From Camelus dromedarius (Eukaryota), in contig NC_087437.1 in NCBI RefSeq assembly GCF_036321535.1, positions 20,400,001-20,464,000 on the forward strand: a DNA stretch of 64,000 nucleotides, given 5' to 3'. Below, piece after piece: positions 13,074-25,659 of this stretch; positions within the stretch are counted from its first letter, which is position 1; the number at the start of each line of letters is the position of its first letter. The position numbers were made by a program, and so were the translations under genes. The notes beneath the pieces are model-generated. The model did not search any database and was not told where the DNA came from. It worked only from the letters and a program-made list of their open reading frames with translations.

Positions 13074-13515
13074 AGAATGAAACAATGCCATCTGCAGCAA
13101 TGTGGATGGACCTAGAGATTATCACACTAAGCGAAGTCAGTCAGACAGAAAAAGACAAAAATCATATGATATCACTTATATGTGGAATCTAAAAAAAAAA
13201 AAGATACAAACTTATTTACAAACCAGAAATAGATTCAAAGACATGAAAAACAAACTGTGGTTACCAAAGGGGAAGGGGAGGAGGGATAAATTAGGAGTTT
13301 CAGATTAACACATACTCACTACTCCATATAAAATAAACAACAAGGACCCACTGTGTGGCACAGGGAACTATACTTGATATCTTGTAATAACCTATACTGG
13401 CAAAGAATCTGAACAAGAATATACATATATGTTTACATGTATAACTGAATCACTTTGCTGTAGGCCTGAAACTAATACAACATTGTAAATCAACTATATT
13501 TCAATTTAAAACAAA
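13074..13515 (+). mobile_element. L1 3' end
   Basis: atgccatctgcagcaatgtggatggacctagagattatc through caactatatttcaatt. TSD aagaacaatcttt(c/t)tt at 13058-13073 and 13516-13531. Confidence 0.92.
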
Positions 13516-14194
13516 AAGAACAATCTTTTTTTATTTCTCATTCTGTGCCTATGGGAGGGAGGAGAGCTAAAGGCCAAAGAAGTTGTCATGGGTTTTGTGA
13601 CTGACAAGGCGGGAAGGAGCATTAGTTGACACCACAGAACATCTTACTAGCGGTCAGGAGCCCTCGATTGGCAGGGCCGGAGCTACAGCCAGGAATTTCT
13701 CTGAGCATCAGTTTCCCCATCTGTAAAATGATGGGGGTTTTTTTTCCCAAAAGCCTAGAATTCAGTGGGTTACTAACTTGCAGTCATTTCCCCTGGTACT
13801 CAGAACATCAATGCCCTGTGTACATGTGGGGAGAAGGCTGAGGATGGAAGACTAATGGGCCAGGCACTGAGGCCAGTCACCATGATGTCCCTGCAGCCCT
13901 AACTTCATTCAGTGTTCACAGCAGCCAGCATTCTTAGCTCCATTTACTGCCACTGGAATTCAAGGGTTCAGGTAATGCTCTCAAAGTCGAGCAGATGACA
14001 GATGGTGACACCAGCCTCAGACTCGTGTCTCTGAGCCTCAGCCCATCTACGGCTCCACTCCACTGCTAAGGGGGCTGGAGAACATATGGTGCCTGGTGAG
14101 TGTCCACAGATTCCTGTGGGTCTCATCTCACCTCCTAAACTGAAAGCCCCCGAAGGGCCAGGATCCCAGGGATGCAAATTCTCACCTCCGCCGG

Positions 14195-14695
14195 TGTATT
14201 AGCTTCCTGCGACACTGTAACAAAAATAGCACAAATTTGGTGGCTTAAAACCACACTACCACACGCATTTATTCTCTTATAGTTCTGGAGGTCAGAAGTC
14301 AAAAACGATCTCACTGGCCAAAACCCAGGTGTTGGCAGGGCACGTACCTCCCAGAGACTCTAGGGAGAATCCCTGCTCTGGCCTCTTCCAGCCTCTACAG
14401 CTGCACTCCTTGGCTCACGGCCCCTTCCTTCATCCTCAAAGCCAGCATCTTCTCTCTCTGACCTGCCTCCCTCTGCTTCCATCACGTGGCCTTCTCCTCT
14501 TTGTCTATAGCCAAGTCTCCCTCCCCCTTCCTCTTTGAAGGAAACTTGTGATTACATGTGGGGGCCACCTGAATAATCCAGGATCACTTCCCCATCTTAA
14601 GATCCTTAACTGACTCATAGCTGCAAAATCCCTTTTTCTGCGTAAGGTGACATTTACAGATTCCAGGGATTAGGGCCTGGGTATCTTTGGGGACT
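14195..14695 (-). mobile_element. MLT1C/D-like solo LTR
   Basis: tgtattagcttcct...ggtggcttaaaac...atagttctggaggtcagaagtc...ataatccaggatcacttccccatcttaagatccttaac. Confidence 0.8.
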
Positions 14696-16349
14696 TTCTA
14701 AATCCAAACAAAGCCAACCAAGTTTGGAGCCACTCTAGAAAAGTAACCCAGAAAGCTACTCAACAGTCAAGGCTACCACCTAGTCAGTCACATGCACACA
14801 CTTCAGACCTGTGTAACCAACCCACAGTGCACTCATGAAACCAGCGAGTGAAAGACATCCCTGACACCCCAGCCTGCCTCGCCCCACCTGCCTGCTCTCC
14901 CCAGGTGCTCAGCGACCTCACATTTCAGTCCTCTCCCGCCCCTCCTCCAGAGTAATGGACTCTCAGGGGAAAAGGGTATCAGTTTACTCTGCCAAGGTAT
15001 GCGGTCTGAGCCTAATTTTTAATAGTAGATGAAAGGCCTTACCATCTGCAAAAGGAATTTCCAGCATCAGAGACCAATTGGGGGCTTCCTTCTGCTCATG
15101 CAGGCAGCCAGTGAGGCCCTCTTAGCATTTTTTCCAACAAGGAAATACTGTGTTAAGCCAGAGACTTCTCTACCCTAGAAAATGCATTTCCATTGCAGGC
15201 ATCTTCAGCTGAATGAAGATTCTGGAGAACACTTGTCTTCCTCCCCTCCATCTCTGATCACCAGCAACACCTGCCATGCTTGTCTAACAAATCATTGTAT
15301 CTGGAACTCCAGCTGCAGGAGTGACAGCCTTGCGGAGCCAGGGGATTGAGAATGGGTGAAAAGCAAAGTCCTGAAGATTCTGTGGTCCAAATCCAAAAGC
15401 AGGGTTCTCCTGCCTTACAAAGGCTCTGTCAGTGACCTTCTGCCTGCCTGTGGTCCTCATGCCTGGCCATAAAAGCAGTAAACCAAAGCTGCCTTCAGCC
15501 TCCTGTCACTTCCAAGCACCCACCCTCCCCCTAAATGGCTCTCAATTCATCCTTTGTCAGGTATGACAGATCATAGCAGATGTTGAGAGACTGAAAAACA
15601 TTTCAAACTTAAAGGAAATAAGAACTAATGGCGACATCTGGGGCATCATAACAGGCCAGAGAGGGAGATACCTGGCAGCAGGGAGGTCTCCCTGGTGGCC
15701 CCTAGATCATACCAAGTAGGCAATGAGACACCTTTGCACACATGCTGCTGGGCATGTGCATTACCCTTTGGGCCTCGTCTGGTTCTTACTGAAGGGCAGT
15801 CTGAGGGATTCACATCAATCAAGGTCCCCAAGATGCACTGTTCTGGCCTCCACCAGGCCACTCCTCCAGCCATGATGCTTTCTGTGCCCGGGGGCGGGGG
15901 CAGGGGGGTCCTTCGAGAGTCAGATCTGATTAAGTGTAGCCACGCATGACCCCAGCATACGAGTCCCTGTGAGTCCCATAGGGACTGTGGGGCCCAGTCC
16001 CTCTGGACAAGAGCCCAGGAAAGTGACTTAAGTTTTCCAACACTTTAGTCAACCCCACAGAGCTTGGCCAGCACTGACTTAGAAACTGGAGCAGGTAGCA
16101 ATCTTCCTGAACCTTACTTTTTCTCATGTGGAAACTGGAAATAATGCCTCTGAGATTATTGGGAAAAGTTAATGAAGTACATACGTAAAAGGCCTAGCAC
16201 AGTGACTGCTACATATCAGGAACTCAATATATGCACCTGTTCCTAATGTTATTTATAATAGTATTAATACAAAGTCACATTGCTGGTTTATAGATTATGA
16301 TCTAAGATTGCAGTCTATAGCTATCTTAGCACAAGAGTAATGGCCCACA

Positions 16350-16716
16350 CAGAAAGAGAAAAAAATGCCATACGATATCATTTATATGTGGAATCGCAAA
16401 AAAAAAAAAAGGACACAAACGAACTACTTATTGTTTATAACTTAGATGACTGATTTCTTGAATATGTGTAAGCACATTTGACTGTCCTTTATGATTGGAT
16501 TACTGCATTCTGTTGATTCTTTGTGGTTGGCTTTACTCCTTTGATAACTATGTAAGTTTAAAAAGCTAAAGCTCTAAACTGTTCTTAGAAACAATGATCA
16601 GTACATATATGTAAACTAAAAAATACGTGCAGTATATTTTATATACATATTTACATGAAATATAATGTATACTTGCACTCAAACTATAATAATTCTAATT
16701 GAAAAAGGAAAACAAA
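16350..16716 (+). mobile_element. TSD-flanked retroposed insertion: short L1 piece plus unassigned AT-rich sequence
   Basis: Perfect 17-bp TSD aagagtaatggcccaca at 16333-16349 and 16717-16733. The first ~75 bp match the L1 ORF2 end and 3' UTR start. A-rich tail. Confidence 0.8.
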
Positions 16717-16909
16717 AAGAGTAATGGCCCACAGAACTCGCTCTTTTTATGTTTTACTATTAAACATCTCCCAGCTCCTTGAATATGGGAGTAATGTTTT
16801 ACTTCACTCTTCAACATCCGCAAATATCAACCAAGTCCTTATTGTGGGAAGGAAACAAGCTTGAGTCTGGAGTGTGGCCCCAAGGGAATTACCACCTCAA
16901 TGTGGAGTC

Positions 16910-17034
16910 AAGAAACAACAGGTCACAGGAGAAGGTGGGTCCCAGTCATCCAGTGTTCACTGAGTCAGAAAAGCTTCCAGAATTCAGAGAAGTCCTTGGG
17001 GCAGGAGGGACACAAAGGGAATCTTTGAGAACTG
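16910..17034 (+). repeat. Left copy of ~125-bp direct repeat flanking an L1 tail
   Basis: Aligns by eye to 17547-17672 with about 8 substitutions and one 1-bp indel. Confidence 0.95.
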
Positions 17035-17035
17035 T

Positions 17036-17546
17036 CTGGATAAAGAAGATGTGGTATATTTATACAATGGAATACTACTCAGCCATAAAAACCGACAACA
17101 TAACGCCATTTGCAGCAACATGGATGCTCCTGGAGAATGTCATTCTAAGTGAAGTAAGCCAGAAAGAGAAAGAAAAATACCATATGAGATCACTCATATG
17201 TGGAATCTAAAAAAAACCAAAAACCAAAACAAACAAACAAAGCACAAATACAAAACAGAAACAGACTCATAGACATAGAATACAAACTTGTGGTTGCCAA
17301 GGGGCTGGAGGATGGGAAGGGATAGATGGGATTTCAAAATTGTAAAATAGATAAACAAGATTATACTGTATAGCACAGGGAAATATACACAAGATCTTAC
17401 AGTAGCTCACAGAGAAAAAAATGTGACAATGAATATATATATGTTCATGTATGATTGAAAAATTGTGCTCTACACTGGAATTTGACACAACATTGTAAAA
17501 TGATTATAAATCAATAAAAAATGTTAAAAATAAAAAAAAAAAGAAA
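17036..17546 (+). mobile_element. L1 3' end, young camelid-type
   Basis: Open ORF2 C-terminal frame WIKKMWYIYTMEYYSAIKTDNITPFAATWMLLENVILSEVSQKEKEKYHMRSLICGI*, then 3' UTR, aataaa and poly(A). Confidence 0.95.
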
Positions 17547-17672
17547 AAGAAACAACAGGTTACAGGAAAAGGTGGGTCCCAGTCATCCAGTGTTCGCTGA
17601 GTCAGAAGAGCTTCCAGAATTCAGAGGAGTCCTTGTGGGCAGGAGGCACACAAAAGGACTCTTTGAGAACTG
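17547..17672 (+). repeat. Right copy of ~125-bp direct repeat
   Basis: Starts immediately after the L1 poly(A) and matches 16910-17034. Confidence 0.95.
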
Positions 17673-18185
17673 GTCTTTGAAGAAAGGTAGGATGAGAAGA
17701 AGAGTAGAAGGGTGTCTGACACCAAGAGCTTGGTGCAAAGGGAAGGAGTGATGAGCATTTAGGTCGAGGACCCTTCCTCCATCTGTCCCCAGCTGCCTCT
17801 GTGACAGCCACCAAGATGGTGCACGGGGGCTGGGGGCTCGGGGAATGCTGCAGTTCTGTGTGAGCGGCTCAGCCCGCAGGCATATCCACCAGCCTGTGCA
17901 GAACCTGCTCCTACCTTCTCAGCCAGCTGAGGGAGGGACTTGTCTTGGAACTTGCTTTCTGAAACAGATTTTCTCAATTCAAATTAGCTACAGTGGTGCT
18001 GTTAAGCCCCTTGTTACAGGATTAGAATATATCACTATGTTGAGATTAGAGTCTGACAGATAGGTTGGAGGAGTTCGGATGCTACTCAAAGTTGCAAGCA
18101 ATGTGGTCCTGCCAACAGGCTCTGTGGTCTTTGGCCAGAACAATAGTTCCACCTTGTGGCCATAAGGATCTCTATTTGGAAGAGT

Positions 18186-18540
18186 TTTGTTTTGTTTTGT
18201 TTTAATGTATTTTTATTGAAGTACAGTCAGTTTACAATGTTGTGTCAATTTCTGGTGTACAGCACAGTGCTTCAGACATATAGGAACATACACATATTGG
18301 GTTTTCATATTCTTTTTCACCATAAGTTACTACAAGATATTGAATACAGTTCCATGTGCTATACAGTATGAACTTGTTGTTTATCTATTTTATATATATA
18401 TTAGCTAGTATCTGCAAATCTCTAACTCCCAATTTATCCCTTCCCACCCCCTTCCCCCAACCTGGTAACCATAAGTTTGTTTTCTATGTCTGTGAGTCTG
18501 TTTCTGTTTTGTAAATAAGTTTGTTTGTCTTTTTTTTAGA
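18186..18540 (-). mobile_element. L1 3' UTR
   Basis: ttttattgaagtacagtcagtttacaatgttgtgtcaatttctggtgtacagc...gtctgtgagtctgtttctgttttgtaaataag. Confidence 0.9.
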
Positions 18541-21500
18541 GGAAACAAAAAGCCCTCTCCCAGGCTGGAAGAGCCCTGCCTCCTCCTCCACCGCCCTCCT
18601 CCAACCCCATGCTCTGCCCCTCTCCCCACTGTTCCTTGGACATCCGTGCTCCATCCTGCCACTGCATTTTTTTCTTGGCTGCTTCACTTGCAGGAAATGC
18701 CTTCCCTCTCTCAAGGATGGCTGCTCCTAGAGGCTCTAGGCAGGGAGAGCCAACTAGTGCTGTGTTGTCAGAGAAAAATGACTTCCAACAGCAGACACTG
18801 ATGGGAGCGCCTGCAAACAGCAGCTGCAGCTCCAGGTGGACAGGCAAGGTTGGACCTGGGAGACAGGGACAGGGGCGGGGGGAGGGGAGCTCTCGATGGG
18901 TAGAGGCCTGATTCTACCCAGGGACTGGGAAACGGGCTGGGGAGAAGGAGAGGATTTGCATGCAGCAACTACTCGGCAGAAGAAAATGGAGAACCCGGTG
19001 TTTGACTCTGAAACTTGAGAGCAGGAAAAAGGGAGGGGGGAGTTCTGCAGATGGTGAGAGGCTAGGGGACTCCATGGGAGAGTGTGTGGAAATGTCCTTG
19101 GTGTGGTCACCATACATCAGAGTGGGAGTGACAAATGTCAAACCTTAGACTATCTGGATCTTGGGCTGGAAACTTACCTTCTACCCCCTTCCAAATCCTC
19201 AAGGAAGGCTAGTATGTTTACATGAAAGAAAACTGTGTGTGACTAGGTTTTACTTAGGCTCAGGGTGTTGTAACCTAAGAAAAACAATGTGTTTTCACGT
19301 CTGGGTCAAGGCTAGGTCACATGGAGGAAGCACCCCAAGGCCCAGGAACCTGGGTGACAAGGGGACCTGAAGTTCACAACATTCAGAGGAGGGCCACGAG
19401 CTTCTGCAAGACGTTCACTGGGTTATAAGCCCGTCTGAGGTCCTCGTGGCCAGGAATCCTGTCTGGTCCAGCCGTGCACTTCTGCATCCTTTCCCACCAT
19501 GGGCTCATTTTCTTGTCGACTCTTTCTCTGTTTTCTCCTTGCTAACAACCTGGTCTTGAGATGGTGTTATTAGTGCATGTTACAAAATAAACTTTAGAAC
19601 CACTAACATGGGACTGCCTGCCCAGTTCCCCTTCTTCGTTACCTATGTGACCTTCACAGGCCCCTCCCTCTGTGAGCCTCAGTTCCACCTCTGTAAGGTG
19701 GGGGTGCTGGGGGCTATGCTAATGCACAGAAACAAGGTTTATGAGACACAGCAGCTTCATCAGTGTGGCTGGGAGCTCCTGGTTCGTGGTGGATGGTACT
19801 GAGTGAGGAGCTAGTCTGAGGAGGGAAGGGGAACCACGTTTGGGGAGAGGGGTGGCACCCACCCATTCCCACCCTACCAAGACTAAATCAACAACACAAA
19901 CTCTCTGAATGAGGCGGCAAGAGCCAGGGGCTTGGGTCTCCTCACCGCTTTATATAGAATCACAACCCCTTTGTCATAAGCAGATGTTTATGGGTTTCAT
20001 TGTCAGAACTTGAATTCCATATGGCAGACGACTACTGGATTATCTTCCTGCTGTTGCTTTTCTAGGAACTGACCCTCCCCACTCCGTCCACCATCCATAG
20101 GGTTGTGGTAGAAGCTCCACCTGATGACTTGACCACCCCCTGTTTACCGTGGATGGTTCAGGGGAGGGCACTGCATTTGGGAAAGAGGTCAGGCTACCTC
20201 TGGGTGGCTAGTATGTAGCCCACAAATTTGGGAGCTAGCAGTGATGACCAGGTCCCACCATGAGAACTGGGAAACAGAGAAGGACGGATAGCAGCTGAAC
20301 AGAAGGGTAAAGACAGGAGCCTGAAGAAGGGACACAGAGAAAAGACTCCCAGGTTGGAACCACCGTCGGGCCAGCTTTGGTCCTGCTGCCTGGCTTTACC
20401 TCAGAGGCTGGATTCAGCAACACACCCCGAGATGCTTCCAACCAAGTCCTTTTTCACCTGAAGGCGACAGAGTGGAGTTTCCAGAGCTGACATCCAGACC
20501 AAGGTTTTGGGGAGGAGAGGAAGGACCCTGATGTTGAATGCATGATCCCCCAAATGATGAACAAGGTGCCTCCAAGCTCAGCAACTTGGGCAACCCCCCC
20601 CCCAGTACGGCCCCCCTGGGGACCGTGGATGATAATCCCACTCAGGTGCAGCAGTAACATTTTACTATTTAATGGGCTGCTTGTAGAGATTTCCCTCCAC
20701 AATGAGAACATTTCCTATTACAGAAGCAAAATGAAAAAGGAGTCATTCATTCCACATGAAAAACAGGGAGTTTAAAAAATGGAAACACTGTCAATCAGAC
20801 TGAATCACAGGCTGTGATTAAAGCCTCCAGAGTTTTTCCCATTAGTGTGAGTAGATTTGAATTTGAGCCCAACATCGAGCCTGTCTCACCAGAACGTCTG
20901 ATGTGTCCTGCTTTGAACCTAATGCCAAACAGGTCAGAAAAGCAGAATACTGATCACTTAAGTTTAAGCAAATTTTGGTCTTTTATACCAGAAACAATCA
21001 CAGCACCTCATTTACAACCTGAACTCAAAAGTAGATCTTCTTAGTTAGGGAAATGAAAATACAGCTGGAGTCTACGATGATCGTCCTGCCGGTGTGTGAA
21101 GTCTGTGGAAGAGAAGCCAGACACTCCCGGAAAAGGCCAGTTTCTCTCCCCAGCCCATTGCTGCTGTGGCCGGTGATGGATTCATAGGCTGCTTCAATCC
21201 AAACAGGGACTGAGCCCGCTGGGCCGGAGACTGGGAATGTGAGTGAGACATGGTCCCTGCCCTCAAAGAATTCGCCGACTCATGAAGGCTGACCCTCAAG
21301 GAAAGAAACAATTAACTTTAACCAAGGGGCTGTGGGCATTCAGAGAAGAGGCCTGAGGTAGGAAAGGCTGTCAAATAAAGGCTCTAAGAATGAGCAAGAT
21401 TAGTTCTCAGGAGAGGGCCTTCCAGGCACGAACGGGGCATAAGTGGGAGCCTGGCACGCTGAGGGGGCAGCCGCCGCCTGCCCACGCTCACCCAGAGGCA

Positions 21501-21899
21501 TGCAGTGGCCTCTGCCCGGCTCCCGAGAGGCCCAGACTGAGAAGCATCCCTGCCCTGGGAGGGGTCCTGGGAGGCAGGGGTGCCGTGAATGGGAGGCGGG
21601 CCTGAAGATGAGAGAAGCAGGGGGTAGCCTGTGTTTCCTGAGTGACCTGAAGTGCTTAGGAGATAGCTCTGGCCAGCTAGGGGGACCACTAAGGACAAGG
21701 TTAGAGAGCATTAACCCCATGCTCAGGTGAGTTGAAGAGAGTGGCCAGAAAGGCCTCAGCTCAAAACCTGCTGGCCTTGACCTCTCTGTGGCAGGTGACA
21801 TTGCTGACCCCAGGCTCGGGCCTCTGCTGGACTCAGAGATCGCCAGACCACTACTTCCTAGTAAATCAGGGCATCTTTCCTGAATCCCTTTCTTCTGTA

Positions 21900-22490
21900 C
21901 CCCTCCCTGCAAATTCATCAGCAATGCCTGTTGCCTCGGCCTCCAAAATATACCCCGCCTCCCACGCCTATCTCTGCTCTCTGCCACCACCCCAGCCCGG
22001 GCCACCATCAACTCTCACCTGGACAACCGGAACAGAGGGGTGCTGGCTTCCATGATAAATCAGATCACAATGTCCCCTACTCGAGACCCTCCAAAGAGTC
22101 GTCTTCCCACCTGGAGTAAGTCTAAGCTCTTTTCCATGGTCTCTAGGCCCCATCTGCTGGGGCCCCAGCCCAGCCCTCCAGTCTCACCGAAGACCACCCT
22201 GTCGTGCTCACCAGCCCCAGCCCCATCATCCCCCTTTCTGCACTCACCTTTGCTCTTCCCTCTGCTTGGAATACGCTTCTTACTTAATGTTACTGCCTCA
22301 AGAAGCCAACACGATGCCTAATTGTCTTCACGCAATGTCATTACTTCCTTACTGTCTCCTCTCCCATCCCTGCTGTACCATAAGCCCCAGAAGAGGGGAG
22401 ACTTGTACATCTGCATTCTTCATGACTGTATTCCTAGGAAAAGGTCCATCCCATAAAGGATGCTGGATGCACAATTGCTGAATGAACAAT
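21900..22490 (+). mobile_element. L2 3' region (degenerate)
   Basis: ccaccatcaactctcacctggacaac...aaatcagatcacaatgtccc...ends gctgaatgaa. Confidence 0.6.
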
Positions 22491-22693
22491 TCCGTGCATC
22501 TGCCAGGACCCCTCAAAGCTTTGGACCCTATGGAAGTCAAGGCCCCAGAATGGCAGCCTGCCCTGGTGCTGGGGAGGGGTTCATGTGCCCCCAGGACTCC
22601 CAAACAATGGGATCAAAGGTCCACTTTCCTGTCTTGGTAGATTCTTTGTGACAGAGCATATAGACCTCCATGCTGATCACTCTATAATTGTGC

Positions 22694-23225
22694 TGTATTA
22701 GTCAGGGTTCCCAGAGAAATAAAATCAATGGTGTGTGTGTGTAGGAAAAGAGAAAGAGAGGGAGAAATTTATTGCTAGAAATTGGCCCATGTCATTTGGA
22801 GGCTGACAAGTCCTAAGATTTACAGTTGGCAAGCTGGAGACCCAGGAGAGTCAGTGGTGTAGTTTCAGTCTAAGCACAAAGGCCAAAGAACAGGGGAGCA
22901 GATGGTGAAAGTTCTAGTCCAAAAGCCATCAGGCTCAATATCTAGGAAGAGCTGATGTGTCAGTTTAAGTCCAAAGACAGGGAAAAAAAATGTCTCACTC
23001 AAAATCAGGCAGGAAGAGTTTCCTCTCCCTCATCCTTTTCCAGATCTTCAACTGATTAAACAAGCCCCACCCGTATTAGGGAGGGCACCCTGCTTTACCC
23101 CGACTACTAATTCAAATGTTAATCTCATTCAGAAACACACTAACAGAAACACCCAGAATGATCTTTGGCCAGATGTCAGGCACCCTGTGCTCAGGTCAAG
23201 TTGACACACAAAGTTAACCATTATG
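22694..23225 (-). mobile_element. MLT2 (ERVL) solo LTR
   Basis: tgtattagtcagggttcccagagaaat...gcaagctggagacccaggagag...caagttgacacacaaagttaacca. Confidence 0.85.
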
Positions 23226-23229
23226 GGTG

Positions 23230-23370
23230 TCTTTTGTGTCTGTCTCCCCACTGAGTACTAGCAACCTGAAAGGAACTGAGTCTTATTTATCTTGGAAATT
23301 TCAGAATCTGGTTTAATGACTGAAACCCAGTAGGTGCTCAGCAAATATTTGTGGAATGAATGAATGAATC
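23230..23370 (+). mobile_element. L2 3' terminus
   Basis: tgtctgtctccccact...cagtaggtgctcagcaaatatttgtggaatgaatgaatgaat. Confidence 0.75.
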
Positions 23371-23547
23371 TCTGGTTCCTAGTACCTAGCCTCCAGTCTG
23401 GTCTAAGTCAAAGCTCATAAACTTGGGTCAAATCAAAGTGTCTTTTGGCAAAAGACAGGAAGAAGATCTGGTTGATGTCAAAGGGCAGACAACCAGGCCA
23501 CCCAGAGGGTACAGAATATGTCATTCAGATACTGAGATCTCATCCAC

Positions 23548-23710
23548 AATAAGGATTTACTGTATAGCATAGGGAACTATATTCAATACCCTGTAATAAA
23601 CTATAATGGAAAAGAATATATATAACTAAATCACTTTGCTGTACTCCAGAAACTAACACAGCATTAAAAATCAACTATACTTCAATAAAAAAGTTTAAAA
23701 ATTTTTAAAA
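23548..23710 (+). mobile_element. Short L1 3' UTR end
   Basis: actgtatagcatagggaactatattcaata...ccagaaactaacacagc...aactatacttcaataaaaaa. Confidence 0.85.
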
Positions 23711-25659
23711 AGACTAAATGAGATAATCCTTGTACAGAAAATGTGAAATTGTTTTATGACACTTGGAGAAATGAAGGTTTCTTTACTTTCAGATTCAGAT
23801 AAATTTGGTTTGGACTGCAAGAAAGTCCAATAAATAAAATCACATATGAAGAACTCCCACACTAAAAAAAAAATAGTTAAGATGGTAAATTTTACATTAT
23901 GTGTATTTTACCACAATTTAAAATTTTTTAATCAAATCAAATCAAATCATATCAATGCTGCCAATAAGAGGAAATAGGGCCTTAACCCCTTCAGGTCAAC
24001 CAAGTGTCCTGACACATTGCCGGGCCAGTCTGGGAAAGGCCCTTTGGCTCTCAGTCCTTCAATTTACAGATGGGAAAACTGGAACTCTGACAGAGAAAAT
24101 AACTCCTTGTTCAGGATCACACAGCTGCAGATCAGGGACATAACCCCAGCTAGTCCCACTTCAGAGCCCAACTCTTTATCATTGAGCTGCCCTCTCTAAG
24201 CCAGTACATACCCCCTTGGTGATCTTGGGCAAATCAACTCATCAGGCTATTGTAAGAATTATATGAGATAAAGTAAAGTGCTTAACATGGTACCTAGCAG
24301 ATAGTCAGCACTCAAATATGTAAAAGCAGAAAATTACACTCAAGTTTCTATGACTCCAAAGAAGGCACTCCTTTTTCTACATAAAGGTCTCAGATCAGAA
24401 AGCAAAACTCCTGTCAACGACCAGATTCATGTCGCGGTGATGGACAGTGTCATGCATGCCGCCCACACAACCAGTGAGCCACCTTTACCTGTAAGGACTT
24501 TGGGACTTTCCTCCCCAGAGCCATGGCCATCAACTCAGCTGATTCTCACAACCCCAGGAAATCAGCTCCGTGCGTGAGATCCATGGAGGCCCAGAGAGAT
24601 CATGGATCCAGGACTAGATCCCAGCTCTCCCCACTCCCTACCTGTTAGCTTCTTTCCACAAGATCATTTTTCCTCTCCGGGATTATGAACTGGTGTCTAC
24701 AGGGAATCACCTGTCAGTAAGTCTTTAAAGGGCACAACCGAGTGCTGACCTTGTCTTAAAGACCATGGAGGCTCAAAAGAGAAGACTGCCCACTGCACCT
24801 GAGAATTCTCACTCCAAGGAAGCCATGCTTATCGCTAAACAGAGGAAGAGGCTGTCACTGTGCACTCTTGGCTGGAAGTCTACCTTCCATCTGGAAAGCC
24901 AGAGCAGACAGCTTCAGGGGGACACCTGGGAGGTGGCCAGGTGCTCCTCCTCGGTCTTCATACCCATCATGGCACGTCTCATCAAGCCAGGCACATCACA
25001 CAGTTGCAATCCCAACTCAACCCCATCTCCCCAAGGACCTACAGCTCTTAAATCTGCTCCAAGAAACCACAGATCCCGCCAAGTCAAGAAGACCATGGAA
25101 TGCCGTCTGCATCTAAGAAAACAAGTCACATCCACTATCATATATAGAGCACTTAATAGATGCGAGAACCGGCTCCTCCGTGTAACACGTGTCCCAGGAG
25201 AGGGTTGTTACAAAAGGAGCTTAATTGTTTTGCACAGTTGGGTTGTTTGGTTGTTTTGTTGCTATTATTGATTTTTATTGTGGGTTTTGTTTACTTGCTG
25301 TTTTACTATTATAGAACAGAGCCTTAGCAAATGTGGTTGTTCTATGGCTATCTGAAGAAAATGTCCAAGACATTCCTAAAATAAAATCCTTCAGCATGAA
25401 TAAGTTGGGTGCATTGCAAAAGATATGACTTTGTTTCTCTAGAAAATGCTATCTTCACCTCACATTCACCTCCTTCATTTCTTGTGATCATTGGGTCTCA
25501 CCATTGACTACAGCAGGAGACTTTAGGGTGAGGGAGCCCTCTGACTGTCAGCGTTTGGTGCCCCCACCCTCAGGCAACTGCAAGGAAGACAATCAAACTC
25601 TTCCCCTGGGGCTTACCCATCAATCCCACCCAACTCCCATCATTCATGCTCTCAGTCAA

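Noticed and set aside
16779..17210. 143-aa ORF ending in L1 ORF2 C-terminal peptide
   Set aside because: Chance read-through from unique flank into the truncated L1, with a TTG start. Not a gene.
21400..22011. 203-aa ORF (- strand)
   Set aside because: Starts inside a decayed L2 and has no recognisable homology.
23710..23875. Possible L1 3' transduction (AATAAA followed by an A run)
   Set aside because: The A run continues into a separate old L1M 3' terminus (tagttaagatggtaaatttt...), and no TSD encloses the unit.
24765..25271. 168-aa ATG ORF with good Kozak context (accATGG)
   Set aside because: No recognisable protein similarity, promoter or CpG island. It cannot be supported without expression data.
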